In this document: positions 18,361 to 28,015 of the stretch, in pieces
How positions within the stretch are numbered: position 1 is the first letter of the stretch
Layout of the letters: every line of letters begins with the position of its first letter
NCBI GenBank assembly: GCA_965219875.1
Contig: CBDCOW010000003.1
Location: 1,002,458 to 1,066,457, forward strand
DNA: 64,000 bases
DNA from: Dehalococcoidia bacterium
GTDB lineage: Bacteria; Chloroflexota; Dehalococcoidia; SHYB01
Reading direction: 5' to 3'
Notes under the pieces: generated by a model
Seen by the model: only the letters and a program-made list of their open reading frames with translations
Database searches by the model: none
What the model was told of the DNA's origin: nothing
Translations under genes and position numbers: made by a program

Positions 18361-19344
18361 ATGAGCAACCCCCGGACCGCATTCTTCATACGCAGGATCC
18401 TGTTGGTGGTCCCTACGCTCCTGGGGGCGACGTTCCTGGTCTTCCTCCTCATGCGCGTCGTGCCGGGGGACGTCGCGTACCTGATCCTGCTCGGCCCCGC
18501 AGCCGACGTCGCCAGCGCGCGGGTCGATCCGGACGAGCTGGAACGGCTCCGCGAGCAGCTCGGGCTCAACCGCCATATCGTCGTGCAGTACCTCGACTGG
18601 CTCGGGGACGTCTCCAAGGCCAGCTTCGGAGAGTCCATAGCGACGGGGAGAGCCGTTACCGGCGAGATCGGCAAGGGACTGATCCTCTCCGCGCAGATAG
18701 CCATCATGTCCGTCGCCTTCGGCATCCTCATGGGAATCCCATTGGGCCTCGCCTCGGCCCTCAGGCCGAACAGCATCATCGACTTGATATCGCGCCTCTG
18801 GAGCATCACCTTCCTCTCCGTGCCGAACTTCTGGCTGGGGCTGCTGGTGTTGCTCATAGCGCAGCGGGTCTTCGACTGGTCGCCGCCGTTCGGGCGAAAC
18901 CTGCTGTGGGGCAACCCAGGGGACAACCTGTCCCAGACGGTCTTCCCCGCCCTCATCATCGGCACGTCGCTCATGGCGATCGTGGCGCGAATCTCACGCT
19001 CGTCGCTGCTCGAAGTCCTCGGCGAAGACTATATTCGGACCGCGAGAGCAAAGGGATTGTCGAACCCCACGGTGGTCGTTCGCCACGGGCTGAGAAACGC
19101 CCTGATACCCGTCGTGACCGTCATGAGCGTCAGCTTCGGCAACATCCTTGGCGGCACCGTCGTTATGGAGAACATCTTCGCCGTACCCGGACTTGGCAAG
19201 CTGCTCCTCGATTCCATCGAAGTACGGAACTATCCCGTTGTTCAGGGAATAGTCTTCTGCCTGGCCGGCGCATTCATCTTGATCAACCTAGTGGTGGACT
19301 TGATGTACGGCTGGCTTGACCCAAGGGTAAGCGTCCAATCGTAG
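18361..19344 (+). CDS. ABC transporter permease, DppB-like
   Basis: EAA loop YIRTARAKGLSNPTVVVRHGLRNAL and C-terminus YGWLDPRV. Starts 88 bp after the SBP gene. Confidence 0.9.
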   Translation: MSNPRTAFFIRRILLVVPTLLGATFLVFLLMRVVPGDVAYLILLGPAADVASARVDPDELERLREQLGLNRHIVVQYLDWLGDVSKASFGESIATGRAVTGEIGKGLILSAQIAIMSVAFGILMGIPLGLASALRPNSIIDLISRLWSITFLSVPNFWLGLLVLLIAQRVFDWSPPFGRNLLWGNPGDNLSQTVFPALIIGTSLMAIVARISRSSLLEVLGEDYIRTARAKGLSNPTVVVRHGLRNALIPVVTVMSVSFGNILGGTVVMENIFAVPGLGKLLLDSIEVRNYPVVQGIVFCLAGAFILINLVVDLMYGWLDPRVSVQS

Positions 19345-19357
19345 GGGTTGGTCTGTA

Positions 19358-20278
19358 GTGATACGGATCCCAAGAGAACGGTCGCCCAGCGGGTATGCGG
19401 CGGCCATCGCAACGTGGGCGCTCGACCGCGCGGTCCGCACGTGGCGGCTGGTGCGCCTGCATCCCATCGGCTTTATCGGCCTCTTTATGGTCGCACTCAT
19501 CGTGGTGCTGGCGATCGGCGCCGACATCTTCGCCTTCAGCGACCCCAATGAAGGGGACTTCCGCGTGCGCCTGCAGGGCCCCGGCCTGAACCACTGGTTT
19601 GGCACCGACGATCTGGGGCGCGACCAGTGGAGCAGGATGGTGCACGGAGCACGGCTCTCGGTGTTCGTGGGCTTCGCATCGGTGGGTTTCGGGACGCTCG
19701 TCGGACTCGCCTTGGGCGTCTCCGCGGGGTACATGGGTGGCCGGCTGGACAGCGTGAGCCAGCGGATCGTCGAGATCATGCTCTCCCTGCCCGATCTGCT
19801 CATGGCCTTGGTGCTGGTGGCGACGCTGGGAAGCGGCCCCGACAAGGTGGTCCTGGCCCTGGCCATCATCTTCATCCCCAGTACGGTCCGCGTCGTGCGG
19901 GGCACCGTCCTCTCGGCCAAGGAGAACATGTACGTGGAGGCCGCGCGGGCCCTGGGAGCCTCGCAGTTCCGCATCATGTTCCGCCACATCCTGCCCAACG
20001 TGACCGGGACATACCTCGTTCTCGCCAGCAGCTTCCTTGGGGTAGCAGTGCTCATCGAGGCAACCCTGAGCTTCCTGGGGCTCGGCGTTCCGCCGCCGCA
20101 TGCGTCCTGGGGGCGCATGCTCTCCGGCTACGCCAGCGACTTCGCCGTGACCGCTCCTTGGCTGGTAATCTTCCCAGGTCTTGCCATCTCGTGGCTGGTG
20201 ATCGGATTCAACCTCTTCGGCGACGCGCTGCGCGACATCTGGGACCCACGCCTGGGACGTGGCAGGCGGGAAGTCTGA
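19358..20278 (+). CDS. ABC transporter permease, DppC-like
   Basis: NHWFGTDDLGRDQWSRMVHGARLS is the typical DppC N-terminal periplasmic loop. EAA loop YVEAARALGASQFRIMFRHILPN. Confidence 0.9.
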   Translation: MIRIPRERSPSGYAAAIATWALDRAVRTWRLVRLHPIGFIGLFMVALIVVLAIGADIFAFSDPNEGDFRVRLQGPGLNHWFGTDDLGRDQWSRMVHGARLSVFVGFASVGFGTLVGLALGVSAGYMGGRLDSVSQRIVEIMLSLPDLLMALVLVATLGSGPDKVVLALAIIFIPSTVRVVRGTVLSAKENMYVEAARALGASQFRIMFRHILPNVTGTYLVLASSFLGVAVLIEATLSFLGLGVPPPHASWGRMLSGYASDFAVTAPWLVIFPGLAISWLVIGFNLFGDALRDIWDPRLGRGRREV

Positions 20279-20284
20279 CGGCCG

Positions 20285-20761
20285 ATGAGCGACACGACAC
20301 TCTCCGCGGTAGAGGCAAGGCTTGAACGCCACGGCGTGCGTCTGCCGCCGGCGCCCGAACCCGCCGCCAACTACGTCGAAGTCGTGGTCACGGGGAATCT
20401 GGCGTTCGTATCCGGCCATCTCGGCAGGAAAGCCGACGGTGCCAGGGTACCGGGGAGGCTGGGAGCCGACCTAGGCGTGGAGCAGGGTTACGACGCGGCG
20501 CGTCACGCGGCGTTGGCGGCGCTGGCGAGCCTGAAGGAGAGCTTGGGAAACCTCGATAGAGTCGTCCGCATCGTTCGTCTCCTCTGCGTTGTGAACTCGA
20601 CCCCCGAGTTCGCCGAGCAACACAAGGTGGCGAACGGCGCCTCCGATCTCTTCGTACAAGCCTTCGGCGAGTCCGGGCGGCATGCCCGGGCGGCGATCGG
20701 CGTCGCCGCCCTGCCGTTCGGGGCCTGCTGCGAAATCGAGCTCGTAGCCGAGGTCGCCTGA
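20285..20761 (+). CDS. RidA/YjgF/TdcF family protein
   Basis: LAFVSGHLG...PEFAEQHKVANGASDLF...ARAAIGVAALPFGACCEIELVAEV matches the RidA fold pattern. Confidence 0.8.
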   Translation: MSDTTLSAVEARLERHGVRLPPAPEPAANYVEVVVTGNLAFVSGHLGRKADGARVPGRLGADLGVEQGYDAARHAALAALASLKESLGNLDRVVRIVRLLCVVNSTPEFAEQHKVANGASDLFVQAFGESGRHARAAIGVAALPFGACCEIELVAEVA

Positions 20762-20804
20762 CCGGCAAGCCAATCTATCGAACGAGGTAAGGAGTGAAGA
20801 CACA

Positions 20805-21347
20805 ATGACGACCGATGCGAGGATCTACGGTACGTACAACTTCCAGTACCCGAGAATGACGGATGAGGAGGTCTGGGCCTTCCTGGAGACGCCGGAGGCG
20901 GAGGACGTCTACCTGGCCACCTGCGGGAACGACCACATACCGCATTGCACGACCATCTGGATCTACATCTATCAGGGTAAAATCTACTTCAACTGCTTCG
21001 CGAAGCCATTGAAGAAGAAGGTCCGCAACATCATGGAGAACCCTAACGTGTGCCTCACCGCGGCGGTGACGCCCAACGGCGACGGCAATCAGGTGTACGG
21101 GGCCGCCGTGACTGGCGTGGCGAAGATAGTCGACGACCCGGAACTCATCGCGGCGGTCCAGGCACACGTCAGGCGACGGGCCCAGGCCGCGCAGCAACAG
21201 GGGCTTCGCCCAAAGCCGACTTCTCCATGGGCCGACATCATGCGGGGGCAGGAGCACATGTGGGTCGAAATAACCCCGACAAAGATCCTGTCCTGGGACA
21301 AGCGAAAGCGGCCCCAGGTGCTGGAAGAAGCCAACCCGCGTGCATGA
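20805..21347 (+). CDS. Pyridoxamine 5'-phosphate oxidase-like (PPOX-class) FMN/F420-binding split-barrel protein
   Basis: WAFLETPEAEDVYLATCGNDHIPHCTTIWIYIYQGKIYFNCFAKPLKKKVRNIMENPNV. Paralogue of 23756..24277. Its TGA overlaps the ATG of the downstream CoA-transferase (ATGA). Confidence 0.7.
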   Translation: MTTDARIYGTYNFQYPRMTDEEVWAFLETPEAEDVYLATCGNDHIPHCTTIWIYIYQGKIYFNCFAKPLKKKVRNIMENPNVCLTAAVTPNGDGNQVYGAAVTGVAKIVDDPELIAAVQAHVRRRAQAAQQQGLRPKPTSPWADIMRGQEHMWVEITPTKILSWDKRKRPQVLEEANPRA

Positions 21348-23737
21348 CGATTCCGACTTCGCCTGAACGCCGGCCAGGGTCGGCCCTGGGGGATCTGCGG
21401 GTGCTGGAGCTTGGGGGCCCGATGGGCCAACACTGCGGCAAGCTCCTTGCCGACATGGGCGCGGACGTCGTCAAGATCGAACCCCCAAACGGCGACCCCG
21501 CCAGACGGACCGGCCCATTCGCCCGGGACGTTGAGGACCCCGAGGGAAGTCTCTACTTCCTGTACTTCAACACCAACAAGCGGAGCCTCGTTCTCGACCT
21601 CGCCTCCGCCGCCGACCGGGCGCGGTTGCGCCGTCTTGCCGGCACGGCCGACGTGGTGCTGGACAGCTTCCCTCCGGGGTTTCTGGACGAACAAGGCGTG
21701 GGCTATCGGAGCCTCTCGCGCGTCAACCCGGGACTCGTGATGACATCGATCACGCCGTTCGGCCTCACCGGCCCCTACCGGAGCTTCACTGGGTCCGACC
21801 TCGTGGCCCAGGCGATGGGCGGGCTCATGTACGTCCAAGGCGACGACGCCAAGCCGCCTTGTGCCGCCCCTTTCGACTTGGCCTACCAGCTTGCCTCCCG
21901 TCACGCCGCCTTCGCGACCCTCGCGGCCCTCCACGGGCGCCGGAGCACGGGCCGGGGGCGTCAGGTCGACGTTTCCTTGCAAGAAGTCGTGGCCCAACTC
22001 CTGTTCACCGTGGCGAAATACGCCTTCGACGGCCAGATCGTGCGGAGAGCCGGACGGCTCATCACCAATGCCCCACCGCCGAGCGGCTACTACTGTTGTA
22101 AGGACGGGCGGTGGGTCAGCGTTTCGGTGATCTTCCTCCGGCACTGGCAGACGCTGGCGCAGTGGATGGGGGACGAGGTGCTGAAAGAGTCCCTCTGGGA
22201 AGACCGCGCCTTCCGCTACGCCAACCAGGATCTCGTGATCGACGCCATGGAGGAATTCGTGGGCGGGTTCGCATTGGACGAATTCGTCGCCGCCGCGCAG
22301 GAACACGGGCTGTCCGCCGTCCCGATCAACACATTACGGGGCGTCGTCGAAAGCCCCAAGAACAGGGCCCGGGCCTGGTTCGCCGACAGCGTGCATCCCC
22401 GCCTCGGGCCGCACCGATTCCCCGGAGCGCCCTACAGGTTGAGCGAGACGCCGTGGCGGTTGCACCGTCCGGCGCCGCTCCTCGGACAGCACAGCCAAGA
22501 GATTCTGGCGGAGTTGCCGACACACCCCGTAGGCAAGCCGGAAAAGGCTCAGGGCACCAACCGGGCCCCGCTACATGACGTGCGCGTGCTGGACTTCACG
22601 AGAATGTGGGCGGGGCCCCTCGCCACCCGCTACCTCGCCGACCTTGGCGCGGAGGTCATCAAGATCGAGGTGGAGCACGCCCCCGACGAGGGGCGCACCG
22701 GGCAACCGCTGACGGCCACGGTGGGCGAGCTCAACCGCGGCAAGAGAAGCGTGACCGTGGACTTCAAGACCGCCGAAGGCATCGAGGTGCTGAAGGAGCT
22801 GGTCAGGCTTAGCGACGTGGTGATCGACAACTACCCGCCAGGGGTCCTCGAACGTCAAGCTCTCGGCTACCAAGCCCTCAAGCGGGTGAAGCCGGATATC
22901 ATCGTGGTCGGCATGCCAGGCTTCGGGTCGGATGGGCCGTATGCGAAGTACGTGGCGTTTGGCCAGGAGATGATGGCCGACTCCGGTCTCGCCCACCTTT
23001 GGGGCTATCCTGAGTCGCCCATAGAGTGCAGGGCCAAGGTGTACTACACCGACTTCGACGCCGCGGCCGCCGCAGCATGCGCCGTGATGACCGCCCTCGA
23101 ATGCCGGGACCGAACCGGCCTCGGACAATACGTCGAAGTCGACGGGTCGGAAGCGGCGACGGCCAACACCGGCGTGGGACTGCTCCACTTCCTCGTCAAC
23201 GGCGCGCAGCTCGAGCCCATGGGCAACCGCAACTTCGCCGCGGCTCCGCACGGCTGCTACCCCTGCCAAGGCGATGATCAGTGGTGCGTCATCGCCTGCT
23301 TCATCCAGCGGCACTGGGAGGCCCTCTGCGACGTGGCCGGCCACCCCTCCTGGGCCACGGACGCCCGCTTCGCGTCCCTGGAGGCCCGGCGGCTTCACCA
23401 AGACGCCTTGGACGAGCGCATCGGCGATTGGACGAAGGGCTACACGCCCTACCAGGTCATGCGAATGCTACAAAGAGCCGGCGTCCCCTCAGGCGTGGTG
23501 CAGTCCGGGGAGCAGCTCTACCACGACCACCACCTCCGTGCCCGGGGCTTCATCGCCGAAATCGAGCACGCCCAGCCCTGGGGCCGCATGGAGCATCCCC
23601 GCTCCCCGGTTCTTCTCGGCGCAATGGCGCCGCTCAGGGGCATGCCGGCAGTCGGCGAGCACAACCGCCACGTGCTGGCCGACCTGCTGGGACTCGGCGC
23701 GGACGAATTGACCACCGCCGCCAAGAGCGCATCGTAG
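21344..23737 (+). CDS. Tandem-fused family III CoA-transferase (two CaiB/BaiF-type domains in one 797-aa chain)
   Basis: Domain 1 has LRVLELGGPMGQHCGKLLADMGADVVKIEPPNGDP and domain 2 has VRVLDFTRMWAGPLATRYLADLGAEVIKIEVEHAPDEGR. Both carry the family-III N-terminal Rossmann signature, and each is followed by the Asp-containing middle region. ATG 21344 is the chosen start. The track ORF has a spurious 98-aa N-extension. Confidence 0.85.
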   Translation: MTIPTSPERRPGSALGDLRVLELGGPMGQHCGKLLADMGADVVKIEPPNGDPARRTGPFARDVEDPEGSLYFLYFNTNKRSLVLDLASAADRARLRRLAGTADVVLDSFPPGFLDEQGVGYRSLSRVNPGLVMTSITPFGLTGPYRSFTGSDLVAQAMGGLMYVQGDDAKPPCAAPFDLAYQLASRHAAFATLAALHGRRSTGRGRQVDVSLQEVVAQLLFTVAKYAFDGQIVRRAGRLITNAPPPSGYYCCKDGRWVSVSVIFLRHWQTLAQWMGDEVLKESLWEDRAFRYANQDLVIDAMEEFVGGFALDEFVAAAQEHGLSAVPINTLRGVVESPKNRARAWFADSVHPRLGPHRFPGAPYRLSETPWRLHRPAPLLGQHSQEILAELPTHPVGKPEKAQGTNRAPLHDVRVLDFTRMWAGPLATRYLADLGAEVIKIEVEHAPDEGRTGQPLTATVGELNRGKRSVTVDFKTAEGIEVLKELVRLSDVVIDNYPPGVLERQALGYQALKRVKPDIIVVGMPGFGSDGPYAKYVAFGQEMMADSGLAHLWGYPESPIECRAKVYYTDFDAAAAAACAVMTALECRDRTGLGQYVEVDGSEAATANTGVGLLHFLVNGAQLEPMGNRNFAAAPHGCYPCQGDDQWCVIACFIQRHWEALCDVAGHPSWATDARFASLEARRLHQDALDERIGDWTKGYTPYQVMRMLQRAGVPSGVVQSGEQLYHDHHLRARGFIAEIEHAQPWGRMEHPRSPVLLGAMAPLRGMPAVGEHNRHVLADLLGLGADELTTAAKSAS

Positions 23738-23755
23738 CGGGACGACCGCGCGGGG

Positions 23756-24277
23756 CTACTCCTTGTCCAGGAGCGTGACCCACTTTCGGCGGTCCCACGA
23801 GAAGACCTTCTCCGGCACTATCTCGAAGAACGCGTGCTCTGCCTTCACGTGCTCAGTCCTGAACTTGGCGCGGGTCTCCGCATGCCGTTCTTCGTCCCCC
23901 GACCTCACGTACTTCGCGAGGAAGTGGCGCTGGAACTCGTCGATCTCCTCCTGGCTTTCGATCACCCGCGCTTTGCCCAGGATGGTGACGCCGAACTGGT
24001 CGAAGCCGTCCATCTGATTGTCGGCAGTGCAGGACACCCACGGGAAGTTCAGAATGTCGCGCGTCTTCTTTCGCATCGGCTTCTTGTACGCCTTGAAGTA
24101 GATCTTCTGGTCCCGGCTGAAGAACCAGATGATGCTGTTGCTGGGCATCCCGTCCTTGCCGACCGTGGCCATGGCCATGGTGCGCACGGCGGGCGATTCG
24201 AGGAAGGCCCAGACATCCACGTCGTCCATCGGAAGGTATGGCTGCTTCTCGAATTGCTCCACCCATGATTCTCCCAT
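23756..24277 (-). CDS. PPOX-class FMN/F420-binding split-barrel protein (paralogue)
   Basis: VWAFLESPAVRTMAMATVGKDGMPSNSIIWFFSRDQKIYFKAYKKPMRKKTRDILNFPWV aligns with the 20805 paralogue. Confidence 0.7.
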   Translation of the reverse strand: MGESWVEQFEKQPYLPMDDVDVWAFLESPAVRTMAMATVGKDGMPSNSIIWFFSRDQKIYFKAYKKPMRKKTRDILNFPWVSCTADNQMDGFDQFGVTILGKARVIESQEEIDEFQRHFLAKYVRSGDEERHAETRAKFRTEHVKAEHAFFEIVPEKVFSWDRRKWVTLLDKE

Positions 24278-24355
24278 GGAACACCTCCCCTGGCTTCCGA
24301 CACCTATTTGGAAGGGGGCGCGTTTATTCGCGCTCTCCAGACGGCTGGTTCCCGT

Positions 24356-24745
24356 TCAGCCGATCACGGCGATGGCTTCGATCTCCAGGTTCAGTCCGGG
24401 CTCAGCGAGCGCGGCTACTTCCACCAGAGAGTTGGCCGGGTGCTGGCCGTCGAAGTACTGATCGTAGAGCGCGAGCTGATCGTCGGGAAGGGGCCACCAG
24501 TCGCCGATCTTGGTGACAAACGTGGTGATCTTCACGATGTCCGTTGGCTTCCCGCCCTCGGCCTCCACGATCCTGATCAGCTTGTCCAGCACTACTCGGA
24601 GTTGCTCGATTGCCGGCCCGCCCTCCGCTGGCGTCTTCATCGCGGTGCAGCCCGAGATGAAGAGCTGGTTACCGGCCCGTACCGCTCTGGCGTAGTTGGG
24701 GCCGGAGGGTGAGATGTCGGGATAGTCACGGCGCAGCTTGTCCAT
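24356..24745 (-). CDS. RidA family protein
   Basis: LFISGCTAM...PTDIVKITTFVTKIGDW...PANSLVEVAALAEPGLNLEIEAIAV. Confidence 0.8.
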   Translation of the reverse strand: MDKLRRDYPDISPSGPNYARAVRAGNQLFISGCTAMKTPAEGGPAIEQLRVVLDKLIRIVEAEGGKPTDIVKITTFVTKIGDWWPLPDDQLALYDQYFDGQHPANSLVEVAALAEPGLNLEIEAIAVIG

Positions 24746-24780
24746 CGAAGCCTCCTTCGACCTGTCCTTCGGCGCACGGA

Positions 24781-25554
24781 CTAAGGGGGATCAGGTGCCG
24801 CTCGCACCGGATTCTGGAGTACGCCGATGCCGGGAATCTCAACCTCGACGGTGTCGCCTGGTTTCAGCGCCGCCGTCGTCCCCGCCGTGCCCGTGAAGAT
24901 CACGTCGCCCGGCTCCAGCGTGACCGATTGGCTGATGAAGCTGACGATGGTCGCTACGTCGAAAACCATGTCGTGGGACTGACAATGTTGGACCTGTTCG
25001 CCATCGATTCTGCAGAAGATCTCAAAGGAAGCGGGGTCGAAGTTCGTTTCGACGACCGGCCCGATGGGACCGAACGTGTCCGCCGCCTTGGCCCGCCAGA
25101 AGTGGCGGTCGCGGTCCGGGCCCATCTGCCACTCACGGGCGCTGATATCGAGGCCGCAGGTGTAGCCGAGCACGTAGTCGAGCGCCGCCGACTGCTGGAC
25201 GCCCTTGCACCGCCGCCCCATGACGACGACTAACTCTGCTTCCTCGTCTACTCTTCCGGCCTCGGATGGGAGCAGCACCGCCTCTCCGGATCCGATGAAG
25301 CAGTTGGGGGTCTTGTAGAACGGCTCGGGGCGTTTCGGAGCGGCGCTGTCGCCCAGATGAGACCGGTAGTTCAGGCCGACGGCGAGGCCCTTCGTTGGCG
25401 CGCACGGAGCCAGGAGCCGGACGTCCCGCAAAGGCTGCGCGTCGCGGGAGACTTCGTATTCCTCGAACGGCGTCCCCGTCAGCCGTTTGACGACATCGCC
25501 TTCAACTAGGCCGTAGGACGTCTCTCCCTTTGCCGCATATCTGACGAACTTCAC
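24781..25554 (-). CDS. Fumarylacetoacetate hydrolase (FAH) family protein (HpcE/MhpD-like hydratase/decarboxylase)
   Basis: GLNYRSHLGD...PEPFYKTPNCFIGSGEAV...ELVVVMG...DISAREWQ...IFTGTAGTTAALKPGD is the FAH-fold signature. GTG start 25554..25552 overlaps the upstream gene TGA (GTGA). Confidence 0.85.
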   Translation of the reverse strand: MKFVRYAAKGETSYGLVEGDVVKRLTGTPFEEYEVSRDAQPLRDVRLLAPCAPTKGLAVGLNYRSHLGDSAAPKRPEPFYKTPNCFIGSGEAVLLPSEAGRVDEEAELVVVMGRRCKGVQQSAALDYVLGYTCGLDISAREWQMGPDRDRHFWRAKAADTFGPIGPVVETNFDPASFEIFCRIDGEQVQHCQSHDMVFDVATIVSFISQSVTLEPGDVIFTGTAGTTAALKPGDTVEVEIPGIGVLQNPVRAAPDPP

Positions 25555-26864
25555 GGGGCGCCGGCGGCGGTCCACTCGGCGACGCGAACGGGATCGGGCG
25601 GCTGCTTGACGCAACCGTAGGCGCCGCCGAGCCGTTGGAAGTCCCTGGACTTCTTGGCCAGATGCCGCCGGAAATGGATGACGGCAACGTCTAGCGTGCC
25701 CAGCTTCTGGGGAATGTCCATATTGATGGCGCCTTTGGCGAAGACCGGGAAGTCTTCCTTCTCATTCACCGCGATGAGCTGGTTGGGCAGGCGATAGGTG
25801 TAGTACCAAAGGTCCTCAAAGGCCTGGCCCAAGGGGGTCCGAGGGCGTTTCGAAATCGTGAACGACCAGACCCGGGTGTCCCATTCGTCCACCGGCACGC
25901 TCCAGCGCAGGTGGAGGGCTCCCACCGGGACGCGCACAATGGAGGGCAGTTGCACCGTGTGCTCGACACCGAATCCCATGTCCTTCCTTGGGGCTCGGGG
26001 TAATCGTCGCCACCACGTGTGGCGGGGCCACTTTCCCAGTCCGGGATATTCGTTCTGCCCGTACTCCACGTCCCGTTGGATGCACGCGACGTAGTTTTCG
26101 CCCTCGTCGATGATCCTAATGCCGTTGGTCACCACCGGTTTGGGGCGCAAAAACGGCAGCTTGTGGTCGATGAGGTGCCAGAACTTCGTCCTGCGGTGGA
26201 GGTAGAACTCGTGGTAGTCGATCCCCTGCCACGTAGGCTCCGTCCAGTTAGTCTCCCAACTCCGCACGCGGGCATGGCGCGTCGTGTTCAGACTGTCGTC
26301 AAGGAATTCCCAGGGAAGGTCGTCCTCCAAGGGGACCGGCGTAGTCATGCCCATCCAGATGAAGACGATCCCGTTGCGCTCGGCGGTGGGATAATTCTTG
26401 GCCCGCAGCTTGGGGGCCAGCGGCGAATTCACGCTCTCGATGAGGCCCGCGACGCACTGGCCCGTCTCGTCGAAGACGTACCCGTGGTAGGGGCACGTGA
26501 CGGTCCCCACGAAGTCGCACTCACCCAGCGAAAGGCGCGCACCGCGGTGCGGACACCAATCGGTCAACGCGACGACGTTGCCCTTGGCCCCCCGGAACAG
26601 GACGATGTCCTCGCCCAACATACGGACTTTGACCGGACGCTTCCGCCCGACCTTCGCGGCCCATACGCCCGGGTACCAGTACTCTCGAAAGCCTACCCTC
26701 GGGCAGTAGTCGAAGGGGCCTATCTGAGAGGCTCCGCGCGCCTCCTCCCCGCTCTGCCGCCACGAGGAGGTCGTTGAAGACTCCGGCCTTGCGCTCGTCG
26801 TCGCCATACCCAGCCCCCAGACCTCGGCGCTCGCCCGCGCCGAATTTGCCCTAGTGTAGCCCAT
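25551..26864 (-). CDS. Rieske [2Fe-2S] non-heme iron oxygenase alpha-subunit-like protein
   Basis: CPHRGARLSLGECDFVGTVTCPYHGYVF is the Rieske CxH-x17-CxxH motif. The downstream catalytic domain has conserved His/Asp. Alternative ATG at 26807. Confidence 0.8.
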   Translation of the reverse strand: MGYTRANSARASAEVWGLGMATTSARPESSTTSSWRQSGEEARGASQIGPFDYCPRVGFREYWYPGVWAAKVGRKRPVKVRMLGEDIVLFRGAKGNVVALTDWCPHRGARLSLGECDFVGTVTCPYHGYVFDETGQCVAGLIESVNSPLAPKLRAKNYPTAERNGIVFIWMGMTTPVPLEDDLPWEFLDDSLNTTRHARVRSWETNWTEPTWQGIDYHEFYLHRRTKFWHLIDHKLPFLRPKPVVTNGIRIIDEGENYVACIQRDVEYGQNEYPGLGKWPRHTWWRRLPRAPRKDMGFGVEHTVQLPSIVRVPVGALHLRWSVPVDEWDTRVWSFTISKRPRTPLGQAFEDLWYYTYRLPNQLIAVNEKEDFPVFAKGAINMDIPQKLGTLDVAVIHFRRHLAKKSRDFQRLGGAYGCVKQPPDPVRVAEWTAAGAP

Positions 26865-27246
26865 CCATCAACGCATGCCCTGCCGAATCTCGCAAGGCGC
26901 CGCCGCGCAGGCGACTGAAAAGAGCCCGGTGTCGCCGATCTGTTGACTACTGAGTTGGCCGTAGAACAGCAAGACCACTCTGGCACGCCGCCGACAGGGC
27001 TACCGGCCCATTCGGCGTCGAGGAACAACGCGGCCAAATCAAGCTATGGCATCGCGACCCCGGGCGCTGTCCGCAATTAAGCCGGACCGGAAGTGGTGGG
27101 CCGATGTGTACGATAGATGGCACTGTCTTCGAGATGTGGATTGGCAGTCTGTGAGCTTTCCCAAACACTTAGCTCGGGTATTTTGGTGGGATAGGGTTAG
27201 GCAACGGAAGTGAGGGCAACCTGTCTACCAGCTCAAATCCTATTTC

Positions 27247-27928
27247 CTAATCACCGTGGCTTCCCCAGTTTCGCCTTACCTCAATCATGCCTCCCAAACA
27301 CCGCTTCATCAATACGGCAATGCCCACCATGCACTGGATCCAATTGTCCACGTTCTTCTGGGTGACGCGGGGGATCTCGTAAGTGAGACCACGTAACGCA
27401 AACCCGATGCGTCCGCTTTGGCCATCTTCAGGCTCCGTCAGGTCGTCCACCAAACTAAAAACCTGCTGAGTGCCGAAATGCACGAAGGCATTCGACCAAT
27501 TGTAAAGAGCGACAACGTTCGCGTCAGGCCGTCCTGAATCGAGGCGGGCTTGCAACCTTTTCACCAAGTACCGCTCGCGCATTAGGTGGCCTGAAGCAGA
27601 CTTGAGCTTGAATTCGATCCCCAGCCACAATGCGTTGGGCAAACTCGTGGTGACCTCCTATGTACTCGTCGCTGGCTACGGCTATGAGAACATGCTCCAG
27701 CGTGGGCCTAATGAATAGAGTCGCAGCGTAGTGATTATCCTCGCGCACCATTTTTGCGAATGCGTCGATAAACGCGTTCGTCCGTTTGGCTAAGGCGGGA
27801 ACTACGAATTCACAGGCTCCACAAATCGCTCCGTCAGATGCTAGCCACCAATCCTTGTGGAGGATATTGATCGAATCTATCTCAGATTCGAGTTCCTTTA
27901 ATGTTTGCTCCAAACCTGGGAACTTCAT
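27247..27928 (-). CDS. Hypothetical protein(s) of AT-rich islet; two overlapping ORFs (27524..27928 and 27247..27642) that may be one frameshifted gene
   Basis: The upstream ORF ends in a low-complexity tail (RIVAGDRIQAQVCFRPPNARAVLG...) after EFAQ. The downstream ORF begins protein-like only 6 codons after an in-frame stop. No domain recognised. Confidence 0.35.
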
Positions 27929-28015
27929 TTCATCCTTTCACTCGGCTGACAGTCTGACCCTCGTTGACAGAAGGGAAGTGGGCCACTTGAACGTTGCCAT
28001 CTGGCTTATGTCCCG

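Noticed and set aside
21050-23737. 895-aa ORF with an Arg/Gly-rich N-terminus
   Set aside because: The N-terminal 98 aa overlap the PPOX gene in another frame and are low complexity. The ATGA-coupled ATG at 21344 gives a normal CoA-transferase N-terminus.
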